Assembly: GCF_000150275.1 (NCBI RefSeq)
Contig: NW_002060951.1
Span: 312,775-376,774, forward strand
Direction of reading: 5' to 3'
From: Trichoplax adhaerens
Taxonomy: Eukaryota; Animalia; Placozoa
DNA length: 64,000 nt
Positions 27,200 to 41,068 of the stretch are shown piece by piece; position 1 is the first letter of the stretch; each line of letters starts with the position of its first letter. The notes below the pieces were generated by a model. The model made no database searches and was not told the DNA's origin. It was given only the letters and a program-made list of their open reading frames with translations. The position numbers were made by a program, and so were the translations under genes.

Positions 27200-30100
27200 A
27201 TGACTGCCCAGAAATACCTTTGGTTTACTCTTACTTGCCTTTTTTACACAAGTTTGCTCGCTAGTATTGGTTATGCTGGCTCAGGATTACCTAAGGGTGC
27301 TCAACCATCACGTAAGTTGTCCATGATAATAAACGAGTATCATTAATTATTGTAATCACTTGCACCAAAATTTCTTAAACCTTGACGTCGAAATAGTATT
27401 CTATACGTGTACATGAGCTGCGATAGAGCTTTATTGAGTTAGCATATACAATAAGCTTGAACAGCAGCATGAAGGCATTTTATGGAAATGACGACGACGA
27501 TTTATCGTTGATACAATTAGCTTGTATTTGGATTTCTTTTACTACACTACTGTACTGTACACTAATCTAGAATTGAAATTGAAGACTATGAACACAGATT
27601 GTCATATCTAGCAATTTGAGAATCGACATTTATAGTAAATTGGTATCATAATCCCAAACAGTAAAATTATATTGTTATCAAATAATGCAGTCGCTAGTGT
27701 AATTCTAGAGCAACGATCAACTTATCTTTCGAGATTCTGCTGTAATATCGTGTGCCTTTAGGGAAACAGATGACTAGGAAATAAAAAAAACTCATATGAT
27801 TGCCCCATTAGCAACGGCTTACGTGTATATCAGTCTGTATCCATACGAATAGATAGAACATTGTAAAGAATTCCGACAATAAAACACGTCAAGCGTAAGA
27901 CTAGGTTTAGTGCTCATGTTCTATGTTCCACTTACTATGCAGTATATCAGAATTTGCACAGTCTTATTTTACGTCTATTATACCCACACCTTTGTCACTA
28001 GGTCATCGAAAGTAGTGGCTGTATTAATTGAATGTTTACTGCAACTCCATGGAAGGTGCAGCTAAATATGATGTACCAGACGTACTACTGTAGATCATCC
28101 CTATGATAGATTACTTATACTATAGAATACTATAATTATATATATATAATTTAACTAAATTATGCAGTAGTATAGATATATAAATTGCTATCAATGAATT
28201 ATTATACTTGAATTAGTATCATTGTAGTTTATAATTGCAATACTGATATGGTTATTCGTACTAAGTACGAACCAATTTATTTGCGGTCTACTGCAAATCA
28301 ACTATATAAGCCGTATATAAATTCACGATGTATTTGATTGCTATGCCACTGCAATATCATTCTCATTTATAAACAACCGGCGTCATACAGTATCTCACGT
28401 AGTTCACGTTGCATATGTTAAGCTTATCTTGGTGTTATACTAAGACAATTGTACTTAAATTATATATTATAGTTGCTTCGAACTATGACTCCAGCCGTCC
28501 TTTCCGATGCTTGAACGGATTAGCAACTATTGATTTCACTAGCGTGAACGACAATTACTGTGACTGTTCTGATGGGAGTGATGAACCAGGTAATATACTG
28601 CTCTATATATCAGTAATTTTATAGCGTAACAAAAGTAATATTTATGTGCGTATGTCTTTCAATACATGTCCCATGGCTGATATAATTTAAGATTAAAAGT
28701 TATATTTGTGCTAATATCCACGTAACTACCAACTCTTTGATAATCTGTAGATACATTACATTGCGTTGAATAAAACTGTGGATGTAGTGTATTAGTTTGA
28801 GGGTATTCCAAGTTTGCAATTTATGCTTTTCGATTGCAAGGATGACCAAATTACTTACATCAATATTAATGAATTTTAAGGTCAAAAATTCACTTTTATT
28901 TCACGAGCCTGACTAAGAACCGAATTTGAGTAGCTCGTAGTAGAGTGCACGACTGGATAGTTCGTCAAATGCTTCAATAATGATTAAATATTATTGCTTA
29001 TGGCTGTATTCTCTCTGTACACGCATACTGGCCTAAATGATCGTTTCCACTACAGTATAATTGAAAGCTTACTTGGAAAGAATTATCTTAAAGTTCAAAC
29101 ACAGTATCAATAGTATCGTTAAATCTAATTCATCTCGTTTCGTTTCGTCGTTATTTCTAGGCACGTCTGCTTGCCCAAATGGTCGATTTTATTGCCATAA
29201 TGTTGGTTATAAGCCGTTGATATTTCCTTCTTCTCGCGTAAATGATGGCATTTGTGGTAAGACATATAATTGTGATTGAATAATGAATCAATTTACAACG
29301 TTGATACAGTAGTTATAGTTAAAATAGATATCCCGAATAATTTACTCTTAGTACCTAGTAATATTATAATTATATCGACAAAGTAGTACAGGTCCAAGGC
29401 AGTCAAAAGCTAAGCCACAGATCAGTAGTGGAACAGCTGAGCGTACTCATACATGTAACATTTAAGATGGATGTTGCTACTGTTAAAAATATGAACGATT
29501 CAGCTGCTACAGTCTATATCAAATATATTCCTGTTAATTATTCCTTATTTTTATATCCATTGCGATTTTGTAGCTATTCTATTGTAAAAGGCAAAAAGAT
29601 CAATAGTGCGTTATTCGAATTGGCTATAATATCATCCTGTTAAACTGACAGTCGTTGTTGTTACTTTACTATCTATGGACATGTTAATGTATGGTATAGT
29701 ATGCTTTTTGAAATTAATTACTGTACTAGTAGAGAACAACAATTGCTCATACTGTTGCTAATAGTCTGGATATTATTAGTGAACAAATACGATCGAAAGT
29801 ATTCACATTCGACTAGACTTTCCTAAAAATAACAACTTCCTCAATTAACCTTACTCTTAGTACAGTATAATGCCTTTTCTATAGATACAAGTTTCAATAT
29901 CACTTCATTCATATAATGCTCGTGGGCTCTGTAATCAAATAGCAAGGCACTTAAAATATATGGGAATGAAATTTTTAACTTATAAAAACATTGAAAAATT
30001 ATTATTGTGATTATTATAATTATAGTTCTATTAATAATATTTTTAAAATGAACTAAAATAGATTGTTGTGATGGTACGGATGAATATGACGGTAAAATTT

Positions 30101-33100
30101 CTTGCCAGAATACATGCGAGTTAGTACTTGTTTTTTTATTCAATTAAATACCGTGAAATAATCAGTACTATGAGGATTTATCCATATCGATCTATTTCTA
30201 TGCGTGACTCTTTTAGTGAAGTAGGAGCTAAATATCGCGAAGAGTTGAGAAAATTGCAAGAGGAAGCTGAAAAGGTTGAGTAAATTATTTTTATGCATGG
30301 ATGGTGTATTTGAATTGCCAATGTTCAATATTTTAAATCTGCAATAACGTAATCTTGAGACAATGGCCCAAAGTCAATAGGAATTGCTAAATTTACCCTC
30401 AAATAGGGCTATGTGATGCGATTACAATATGCAAAGGAGGGTTTAGAAGCTAAAGAAAAATATAAGGTTCGTTCTATCTGTGTTACGTAGACATTTTTAA
30501 TTTTGTGTTTCAACAAATTCTTTTATATTCACTAGAGTCGATTGATTACGTGCTATATTGCGTATAAATATAATACAGTATTTGGAACTAATTGTGTTCT
30601 TATTAGGCAAAACTGCAATCGTTGAAAGCAGATATTGAAACTGTTAGGCAGAAAGCTTCAGAGCTTGAAGGTAACTCAATTGTACTTCACGACCCTATCA
30701 TTTATCTGGTTTCCTATTGTGATATTTGCTTTTTTATCGGAATACCTTATGTTGCAATGGTGGTGTAGATCATTTACAGTATCATGGGTATTAAATATGT
30801 CATTTCAGTTGCTAATATTTAACACGTTACACGCGCTATATGATATTCGATAATAATCACACGATAATACCGAAGGCATACAATGCAAAGCATAGTTTTT
30901 TTGTATAAGCGACCAAATTTCTTACAGTTAACTTAATTCTTTATTTAAATGGATAGCAAAAAAGAGTGAAGCCGAAAAATCTGAAAAGGAGAGATTAGAC
31001 GCTTTCGAAAAGGAATGGGAAGGTATAGTCAATTCTACATCGGTAGCTATTAAAATACGTCTATACATTGTATTGCACCATTGTTTATTGCAGAAACTAA
31101 GGCTAAGAAACGCGAAGAATATTATAATAGTAAATCGAAGAGTACTTTCGACGAGCTTGATAGCAATAAAGACGGCAGGTGATACGTTTATAAGATAAGT
31201 TAGAATCACCGTTTGTCAAACGTTTCACTAACAACTGTTGTAACGAACGCGCAGTATCACCGTCAATGAAATCATTGGAAATCTCGCATTTGATGCCGAC
31301 GGCAATGGTGAAGTGAGTGAAGAGGAAGCAAAAGTAAGATTTATAAACTAAATTTTCATATTTTTCCTACAAAATACTAATGTAGATGAACCTTAACCAT
31401 TTTAGCAAGCCCTAGGAGAAGCCGGCATAATTTCAAGTTATGATAATTTTATGTCTGATGTGTGGCCAAAGTTTAATGATAAGCTGGTTCAGATAAAACC
31501 TCAAGTAACTAGAAATCTGGGGTTCAATTTATACGTAGAAAATACATAAGCTAACTATATATATCATATTTTTAGGGGTTGGACTCTGGTGAGCGCTCGA
31601 TGGAGTAAGTGATGCGTTGTTATCTACAATTTTGTCAAAAATTTTCGCTATATGAATTGCATACCTTCATGAAATTATAGACAACCCGCTGATAGTCATG
31701 AAGTAAACATCGATGACGACATCGTAGCTGAAGATGAAGATGAAGCTGCAAAGGAACATGTAGCTGTAGCGCAAGGTGTGTACAGCAAGAATTAGGTCTA
31801 GCTAAGTATTATTTCTAGAAAATAGTAAAGTTATGGGTGCAATAAATCTATCTGATGTCATAGTTATTATTATTGTGAGATACTATCGCCTTTTTTATTG
31901 CCTTTTGTTGGCAACTAATATTAGCAAGTATAGGATTTTACAAGTATGATTATTGTTCCTTAACTTTACTGATTTTACCACGCCCTAAACACTATATGAG
32001 ACTCAGCATTAAAATAGCGTATTAAGTTGATATACACTAATTTTGTTTTTATTCCCTTTCCGTTAACCTGTAGAAGAAGACATGTACGGTCAAAAACCTG
32101 AACATGATGAAGAATTAAAAAATCTCGTTGCAGGTATAACTCAACTATCCTTAGCAATGATGTCGATGTTGATATCGCTTTACTATTTAATTCCCATGAT
32201 TACAGTAAACAGTAATCAAGCTTTATAAAATAGTATTCCATGTCTATTTTACCACAAAAATCTATTGTTATACAATTAATATGCACTGAAAGTTATCATT
32301 TTCAACTCTTGTGTAAAAATATACTTACATTAACAAAAAACAGTGGCTGATAAAGCTCGGCAAGAATATAAGGCTGCGGAAGACAATAAGAACAATATGG
32401 AGAATGAAATCCAGTAAGACAAACTATTTACTTTGAGATTGTGTTACTTGTGACAGTGGAGCTGTAACAAAGCTGAATTTGTCATTTTGTTACAGGGAGA
32501 TCGAGAAGGTACTAGGTAGTGACTTTGGATCGGAAGAGGAATTTGCCTACCTACGAGGCAAATGCTATCAATTTACCGATAGAGAGTGTGTATTTATTGA
32601 GTCTAATTGGTTGTCATACTGTATAAACTCACATGTCGGCAGCTTATATAATTAAACCAATTGTAATTATCTATTGCTTCTAGATACACTTATGAACTTT
32701 GTCCGTTTGACAAGGTAACACAAACTTCAAAATCAGGAGGTTCACAAACATCATTAGGGTATGTTATATATACGACAAGGATATGCGGTATATTATAATG
32801 TATATGATGACATGAAAAGTAAAAAGCGCTGCTGCGCTCCTAATTATTTCGATTGCAGTACATGGGGTTCCTGGGTTGGAGCAGAAAACAAATACTCTAA
32901 AATGAAATACGAAGGAGGCCAAAATTGTTGGAATGGCCCTGACCGATCAGCGACAGTCAGTATACTGATACTACTAGTCTTAGATATAAATTTACTAACA
33001 TTGCTTTCAACCAATTGAGTTGATTACATCATATTTGCATTTCGTAGATCGTCATATCCTGCGGTACTGAAGATTCATTGATATCGGCATCAGAGCCTAA

Positions 33101-33182
33101 TCGATGCGAATATTTGATGGAATTTAAAACCCCTGCTGCTTGTTTTTCTAGAGGCAATAAGAACTCTCACGACGAATTATAA
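27200..33182 (+). CDS. PRKCSH: Glucosidase II beta subunit
   Basis: Signal peptide [26 protein letters not shown]; [16 protein letters not shown]|[11 protein letters not shown]; [17 protein letters not shown]; EF-hand-like DSNKDG and [12 protein letters not shown]; acidic tract; MRH domain ([31 protein letters not shown]); C-terminal HDEL*. Confidence 0.97.
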
Positions 33183-34503
33183 TTATTAGAAATAATGTTA
33201 TATTTCTTGCCAATTTAAACATTACTGATCCCATGTGAAACAGTGACGGCGTTATTTTATGTTCAACTAATATTCGATTACATAGTTGACAGAAAGTGAA
33301 ATAGCTTAAATATTTTTAAATGTAGTAATTACTGATGTAAATGATGTTAACTGGGTTTTGAGCCAATTCCTGAAATTTGTGATTTACTAATTCATTAATT
33401 ATTAATTAAATAAAATTTTATCTACAATTTATTTTACCGAGGACGTACGCCTATAAAAATCAAGTAGCACCTGTGTATCATCTAATGTATTTGACGTATG
33501 CAGTTTTACTAATATTTTTATGGGCAAGACCTAGCTTGCGCGTATGTTGTTCCACCTATTAAAATAGTGGTTAAAGCGACATACCATGTATCTATACGAG
33601 TATAGAGAGAGAGACGTACAGTACTGTATAACTTCGATATATCGTCCATTCGTACTTTTATAATTGTAAATAGATGCAAATAATAGCATGGTACAGTAAA
33701 ACCGTCGACTGGATGTCACTAACCGATTTTGCTAGACATTAGTCGTGCAATCCGTTGCTTTGATGACGGGAGCATGCGTCACGACATCTTTACTGATAGT
33801 GTAGTACAGTACAGTATAATAAAAACAAACAATTTTATTGCAAGCTAGAGTAACTTGGCGCACTTGGCTTCTTTCCACTGCAGTACTATGCATCGAGTAA
33901 CAATAACTCGTACTACGAAACGCTTTGACACAATTGAAGTCAATGCCAATCTACTGTACGCTGGAGTCAATGAGTTCATGGCAATCTAGCTGTACCAGAG
34001 TCAGGGATCAACGGAACTTGTTGACTTCTGAGTATAGCAAGCTAAAACCACTGCGGTCAGCCAGTATTGACTCCAAGCACGGCGAATGCACTCATCGCGG
34101 AGACAAAAACAAACTCAACACCCGGTGATGTCATGTCATCATGACGCTAGAGAAAATATCTACAGTACCAAAGTCACCGGTGCACACTGTGTACGTATAG
34201 TACTGTACCAGCGCGATTCACTTGGATGGCAAGATGGCGTCGACAATTTAAAGTTGCAATGAGTTGACACTCGTGTTCAAAATCTATATGTACATGAGCT
34301 ATTGGCCTACGTCTACATAGAAAATTGGATCTACTTTGGGCTTGATTTAGCCTACACAGTTTCTTTTCCTTGGTGCCACCGAAGTTCATTCCGCTGTCCA
34401 CCTACAGTACTGTACTATACTGGACGGTGATGTTGTCATTCCTTTCCTAACGACACACGGAACCGGTCCGAAACTGGTCTCGATGAATAAAGTACGTTGT
34501 CAT

Positions 34504-34535
34504 TGGTCACACTACCAGCATTGGTAGTGTGACCA
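34504..34535. repeat. Perfect 14-bp inverted repeat with 4-nt loop upstream of FAF1
   Basis: tggtcacactacca-gcat-tggtagtgtgacca. Confidence 0.9.
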
Positions 34536-34798
34536 CTCTAGTGTCAATGGAATAGAGTACAATCAGTAGTGCACAAAAGTACTGTACTGAACACTATCTT
34601 GATGAAAAAGCAGCCACATCAACCACTGCGGTAACCGGGCAGGTAATAACGTCATCAGCCGCTAGGACCCGGTATGAGAGACAATAGCATGCAAGGGCTG
34701 TGCAGTACACTGCAGTAGACAGTGTCAACAGGAGTGGATGTTCCACAAGTTCAATTTCTATACTGGTTGCTAGAGTGCCGATTTAAGGAATTGGATCA

Positions 34799-37700
34799 AT
34801 GGCGTCTTCTGAAATTCCTCGAGATTTGATTCTGGCTAATTTTCAGGTGGGCTATCCCATTCTGATAGGAATCCACACAAATTGCTTCCAATTCCACAGG
34901 CACAAATTGTCTTGATCGCTTTTATCTACGGTACTTATTTTATCTTTCATCATCATAGGTCGTCACTGGTATACAGGACTTTGACCTTTGTCTTACAATT
35001 TTAGAAGGAAACCAATGGGATTTCGAGGTAGAATCATTGCATCAAACATGACTACTATCATATAAAAATGTTAAACTAGGATACATTGCTGATCATGGAT
35101 TCAATTTGAACTTATGAAATAATTGAAATGCTATAGCTTAAGCTACAAAGTACAGCTTGTATCATCATCTCAATTGTTTTCTGTATAATAATAATACTAA
35201 ATTAGGAAGCCGTCAAGGAGGCGATGCCGTTTCAAGAAGGTTACGAAGAAGTTGGGTAGGTTTCTTTCATCATGTGTTGTTACTTTATACAAACTACATG
35301 TTCGAGAATTGTTAAGATATCACCAAATTCCCTCCATTAAATATGTCGTTACTGCAGTCAGTGTAGGACAAATAATTTCATGGATAAAATTGTACCTAGT
35401 CACAGACCCATAGAATATGTCCATCAACGTCTAGCGATTGTACTAAACTGCAATGGATGCTCCTTCTGCTCGATAATGATTCCTGGCTTACGATTCATTG
35501 ATTGCAGTAATCAATCACGTTGACACACTTGCAACCCAATTTAATCGTCCACAAACTGTTAATCAATGGGCTACTAGTTTGTAGACTATTTTAAAATAGT
35601 CCTTACTAGCAGTATAGTGCAGATACTGTAGGTACTTGTACGGTAGACTACCAATTGTACAATTCAATTCATTGAAAAATAATGATCCTCATTACAATAT
35701 TGTACATTCCTGCAAGCCGGTCATGCAACTGTATATTAGACGCTATGTTATTATAGGAAATGATAGATCAAAATGGCTGTCATGACTAAAACAACTAAGA
35801 CTACTACACCTTGTCCGCTGACTACAAAGCATCGCTCGTATTTCGATCTATTTTCCCTTTGAAGTATGAATTAAAAATTAAATAATGATATCAAGTGCGA
35901 ATTCTCGTACAAAGCATTTTACTTTTTTCCGCTACAGCCTCTGTTCTATTCTGCATAATACAGTAGTACTGCTTCAAGATGGAGACAAGCTTCATCTATG
36001 TATGTACTGTATTTTGTGAAGAGGATAAAGTGTTACTACTCATTGATGTTAGTCGATACCAATGACTTCTAAAAGAAAAGAGATACTATGGTTATATCTT
36101 ATCTATTTCGATGATTCAATCTACAGTACTGCAAAAGTAAGCCCCTCAACAGATTGCAAAATTCTGTAGAGTACAATATCAGATACGAAGTAGCGCATTA
36201 TTAATTTGATCCATTACAACCATGGAATCTTCGTTGATGCATTTAAGCTGCAATACTGAAACGATACATCATATAGTACAGTACAAAAACTGGATGGTTT
36301 TTTCAAACGTATTTATTAACAATCAGTTATCGTGCTAATTCTTTGCCCCAACATGAACTGATCATTTTAAGAAGTATGCTTTTATATAGTTCTTCGCTCT
36401 TGATTTTTAGACGTATAGTCGATTTACAGTGTATAGCATGCTCAGGTCATTTCATGTAACACTTTCTACAGTATTTACTCGTATACGTTCATATGAGTAC
36501 TGTACCCGAGCAGGTTACCGAAAAAAAAAAGTGCTCAAAAATAATTATTAATTAAAAGCAAATTTAACTGCAGTATCATTGCTACTGTATCCGGAATAGA
36601 AATACTCCATCTATGACTTACTCTACTCCTCTAATGAACAATTTTGCCGATAATTTATAGTTCAATATTGATATCGAACAGCGATGAAATGTACTCGTAT
36701 AAATATCTACCCTGTACAATCGTACTATACGTTACTGTCATCCATTGATAAAATTACCAACGACTTAATGAGTCATTACCCTTGCATATATATCTATAAA
36801 AACAAAGCTTATTACCATCATAACGAGTCTAAGGAAGTGATGCATGCGTAGACCTACAGTGCACTTTAAATGATCATGCATGACAAACGGGTTGAATTCA
36901 CTACAGTAAGAAATTCCTGTTTCAACTTTATCCGCTTCTAAACATAACTTTCGTAAGTTATTTTTGTAAGCCTTTTTATATCGACGAGATAAAATACCCT
37001 TGGATCATGCTTTAATAATAAATAAGTGGACATAATTTTCTGTCAAAACGTTTAGAACAATTGATGCTGCTGCTTTTAATACAAACAACGAATCTACGAT
37101 AGCCCAAGGCAGAAATAATGATTTGGACTATCATAAGATAGAATTCGCAGTCAGTTGGCAAGAAGATACTATTATTTTGGAAGTACCTACCAATCGTACT
37201 GTTGGTTAGTATTTCCTATTTAGATAAGAGTTTTATAAATTTCGATCTCCTCACTATATTATAATCAATGATAATATATTTATCGTTGACAAAGTTTTGC
37301 AATTTCGCTTATTTCAGGTTTTATCAAGGAACAATTGCAAAATCGCTTAGGTATATCACGCAAGAATCAAATATTGGAAAACTGGCCAAATAATACTGAA
37401 ATTACAATCGATGATAATGTATGATGCATCTATTTGTTAGCTTAAATTATTACTAATCGTATTATGGCAATGGCATGAGCATCGCAGACTTCCTACTGTT
37501 GCTTAATTTCTTTGGTTAAAGTAACTATAGATCAGATTCTTTTTTGTAATAGTGTTACTATTTCATATCGATTAGACCGTAATATCTTCGCTTATGCTGC
37601 CTGATCAAGTAAATCTTAATCTATTAACGACTTCAACCGCCGATAACAACTCTGTAAATCTGATAAGAGCTGATCAATGGTAGGACTATGATTGTTTCCT

Positions 37701-40285
37701 TATTTAAAAGTTGCGACTAAGTGTATATATACAAAATAAGCTAAGTGAGCCAATTTTCGTCATCTGTCTTGTTTTACTGTAGCGAATTTATCGTGCATAA
37801 CTCTGGAGGAAAATTTACTTTACATTTTCCTTGGTGTACCACACTACGCGAGGTTAGTACAGTACCGTCTGTATAACGTAATTCAATAATAATGGGTAAT
37901 TGCAAGTATACAAATTATATTTTCTGACAGGTGAAGGCGCAAGTCGCAGACATATTAAATATACCGGTTAAGAGACAGAAATGGACTCGTTTGCCGAATT
38001 TCGATGACAATGTACCCTATTTGCAATGAATAATTTTCTAACTATTAGGATGGCTATATCTTGATTTGTAGCATTTTATTACAGATTACTTTACAAGACT
38101 GTGATTTGCCACCCGTTTATAGCGCCAGCGTGGCATTGTCTTACGATTTTAATAAGGTATTGTGTGTTGAATCTTATATGTCTTGCAATACAATGCTTAT
38201 AACACAATACCCTCACTAAAATGTTCAACTAGGCTGCTTTCTCTGCGGATGACGATATCGATGGTAATGATGATGATGATAATTGTGATTCCATGGATTT
38301 GGTAAACATCAAGGATAATTATTTTAACTCTAACAATCAATTAAGTAAGTTTACGTAGTTTTACAATACTGTAAACGTATCGATATCAAGTTAAAAAATC
38401 AAATTTGATTCGCTACATTTAGTGCCGGATGACTGGAAAGATCTTACGCTAGCATTATCTGGATTCAGTGATGCCTTTGAAATTAGGTAAGTACTGTACT
38501 ATATATGCTATATCTAAATTCCAAAATAGGTATTATATTTATCCTATGCAGATATAAGTAATATTATGAAGCGTGTTGCAGATATGGTCCCATGCATCCG
38601 CTATTTTTTATTGGCCCATTAAAAGATGCCCTAGATGAATGTTTCAAAGGAAATGTAAATCAGGTCTGTTATCTAATGTAGAAATTTGTTCAAGTTTTCA
38701 ATTCTTAGAACAAATTAGTAATTTCGGCTATGCTTGATTTCAATATAGAGAAAGCCATTATTCGTTTATATACATAACAGCAAAAGTGTCCAAGTGAATA
38801 TCTTTTGTAGGTGAGTGAGTTACGGTGACGAGGTAATAATAATATGAAAAACGATATTATTACTTGTGATACTTAATATCCCACTATTTATGCTACGGTA
38901 GCAATGTTTTATGCTCAGAATCCATCGTTAACTACTTAAATCAAAACTACGTAAATTGGGCCTGGGACGTAACTTTGCCTAGTAATCGCGAAAAGTGAGT
39001 CTTATATTTTTATGTCAAATGTCCCGGTTTCTAATATATCAACTGAAAAATGTATTCGTTACAGGTGCTTTAGTTTATGTACGTCACTATTTGGTGCTAC
39101 GGCAACATTCTCTCTGGAACGATTTGAAGACGATGACTACCCTATTATGCTAGTTATAACGAAAGTGAAATCTTCCCTAGAAATAAGTCGCGTGTTGCAA
39201 GGTGAGGATAAGAATTTATTTTTTATCTATTCGAATTACCCAAGGTTATTTGAATCTTGTTATACTTATGACCAGCTAAAATGTCATTGGACGAGCTATT
39301 TACTGGATTAATGGGTGCATTTGAAGATTACCGGCATGTGTTACATAATGAATTAAAAGAAGAAGTAAGTAATTTTAAACTACAAATAATTTAAATTGGT
39401 CCACATTGATTCATTAATCGTCTTCGGTGATATATTTTAGTACTAAGTCGTTACTGACCATTTTTAGGAAGCTAGAGAGGCCAGACAAAGGTTCAAGAAA
39501 CTTCAAGACGCAGAATATGAGGCATCTTTAAAGGCTGATCGAGCAAAGGTCAAAATTTGATAGCGTCCTTGGGGATAATCTTGAAATTTTAACGAAACCT
39601 ATTGTATGTAATTTTAGGCTGAGCAGCGCGCTGCTGAGGAAGAAGAACGAAATCGCCTAGAGAAAGAGGCACAACTTTTGCGAGAACATGAAGAGCAAGC
39701 TCTAATGGAGGAAGTAAAACGGAAAGAGGTTAATAAGTCAAACTTACCAGATTTGAAATAAATAGTAATAACCTAGAATATGTATATCATCTGTTAAACT
39801 AGGCGGAAAGACAGAGTTTAGCACAGAGCATTCCGCAAGCACCTCCGGACAATTGTACTGATGATGTGATTAAATTCTTAATACGCTTACCTGGTGGGGA
39901 AAGGCTATCCCGTAAATTTTACTCACGCAATACTGTGAAGGTAATATGTTGTAAATGACCTTAAGGAGCACTAGTGATCATTGCATTCTCAAAATAAACT
40001 ATCTACAATAATCAACTATAAAACTAGGATTTATTAAACTACGTGGCATCCAATGGTTTTCTTGATTTTGAATTCAAAGTAGTGACTAATTTTCCTAAAC
40101 GTGAGGTAACAAATACAAATCATAGTACTGTATATTATATAAGAGTAGTTGCTTTTAATAATTATATTACGCATTAAATTATGGCCTCTTTATAATTACA
40201 ATAGATTTCTGCCTTAGACCCCCACTTGAGTTTAGGAGATGCGGGATTTTTAAGCCAAGATACTCTATTCGTGCAAGACAGATGA
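34799..40285 (+). CDS. FAF1: FAS-associated factor 1 (UBA - ubiquitin-like - UAS - coiled coil - UBX)
   Basis: MASSEIPRDLILANFQ|VVTGIQDFDLCLTILEGNQWD (UBA), IPVKRQKW, RYGPMHPLFFIGPL, NIFCSNVLCSESIVNYLNQNYVNWAWDVT (UAS), QDAEYEASLKADRAK, IRLPGGERLSRKF...TNFPKR...QDTLFVQDR* (UBX). Confidence 0.94.
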
Positions 40286-40915
40286 AGAAGTATAAATCGA
40301 ATAAAGTTGATACCTTTACAATTGCAGAAAGATCCTATTAGCGTATTTGATATCTGCAACAGTATCTAATGTTTATTTATAAAGTATTGTTTTATTGTGA
40401 CAGATATTAAGCGTATATCACGGAAGATGGACTGTTTTATACTGCATATCCGTTTCAGTGCATTTTTTTGGTATTCCTTGTAAATTGCCGTAGTGTCGCT
40501 TTCGCGTATATGCTGAAAATTATAACGTAAAGATTTGGACAATAGAAATTAACAAAATTTCACAGCAAATGTGAAAATCGTGTATAAGTACTTAGAGTTT
40601 CTAACACCTATGGAATGAAATATTCTGTAAATTGTGATTTTTATGTATGCAATTGAAAAAATATCACTTAAATCTTGTATTGAAATTTTTGGTACGCAAT
40701 AGAAGCAAGGTAGTATTATTTCAGGAAGATTATGTGAGGAAATGATATCTCAGTCGTGGCTGTATAGCGTCTATAATTCATTGCGAATGGACTTTGGTAC
40801 GGTGCGATTTGTTATAGACATTGTTAAGTTAAGCGATTTCTGAATGGTATATATTATATTTTGGTAACGGTGTTATAAAAGAGATTCAGACATGAGTGCC
40901 GTGTATATAAAATAA

Positions 40916-41068
40916 ATGGCGTCCGAAAATAGTAGGATAAAGCTATTTGCATTATCGACGTGTTTTGTGTTGTTCGCGATGAGAGTTCAGGCTGCACGTT
41001 TATACTGTATTATGTGCTTAAAATTATACAACATCCTTAGCGTATTTCACAGGTTCGAAACGGAGTAG
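40916..41068 (+). CDS. Candidate 50-aa small ORF with signal-peptide-like N-terminus (hypothetical)
   Basis: aaATGGCG start; MASENSRIKLFALSTCFVLFAMRVQAARLYCIMCLKLYNILSVFHRFETE*; TATAAAAG at 40874. No homology recognised. Confidence 0.25.
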   Translation: MASENSRIKLFALSTCFVLFAMRVQAARLYCIMCLKLYNILSVFHRFETE

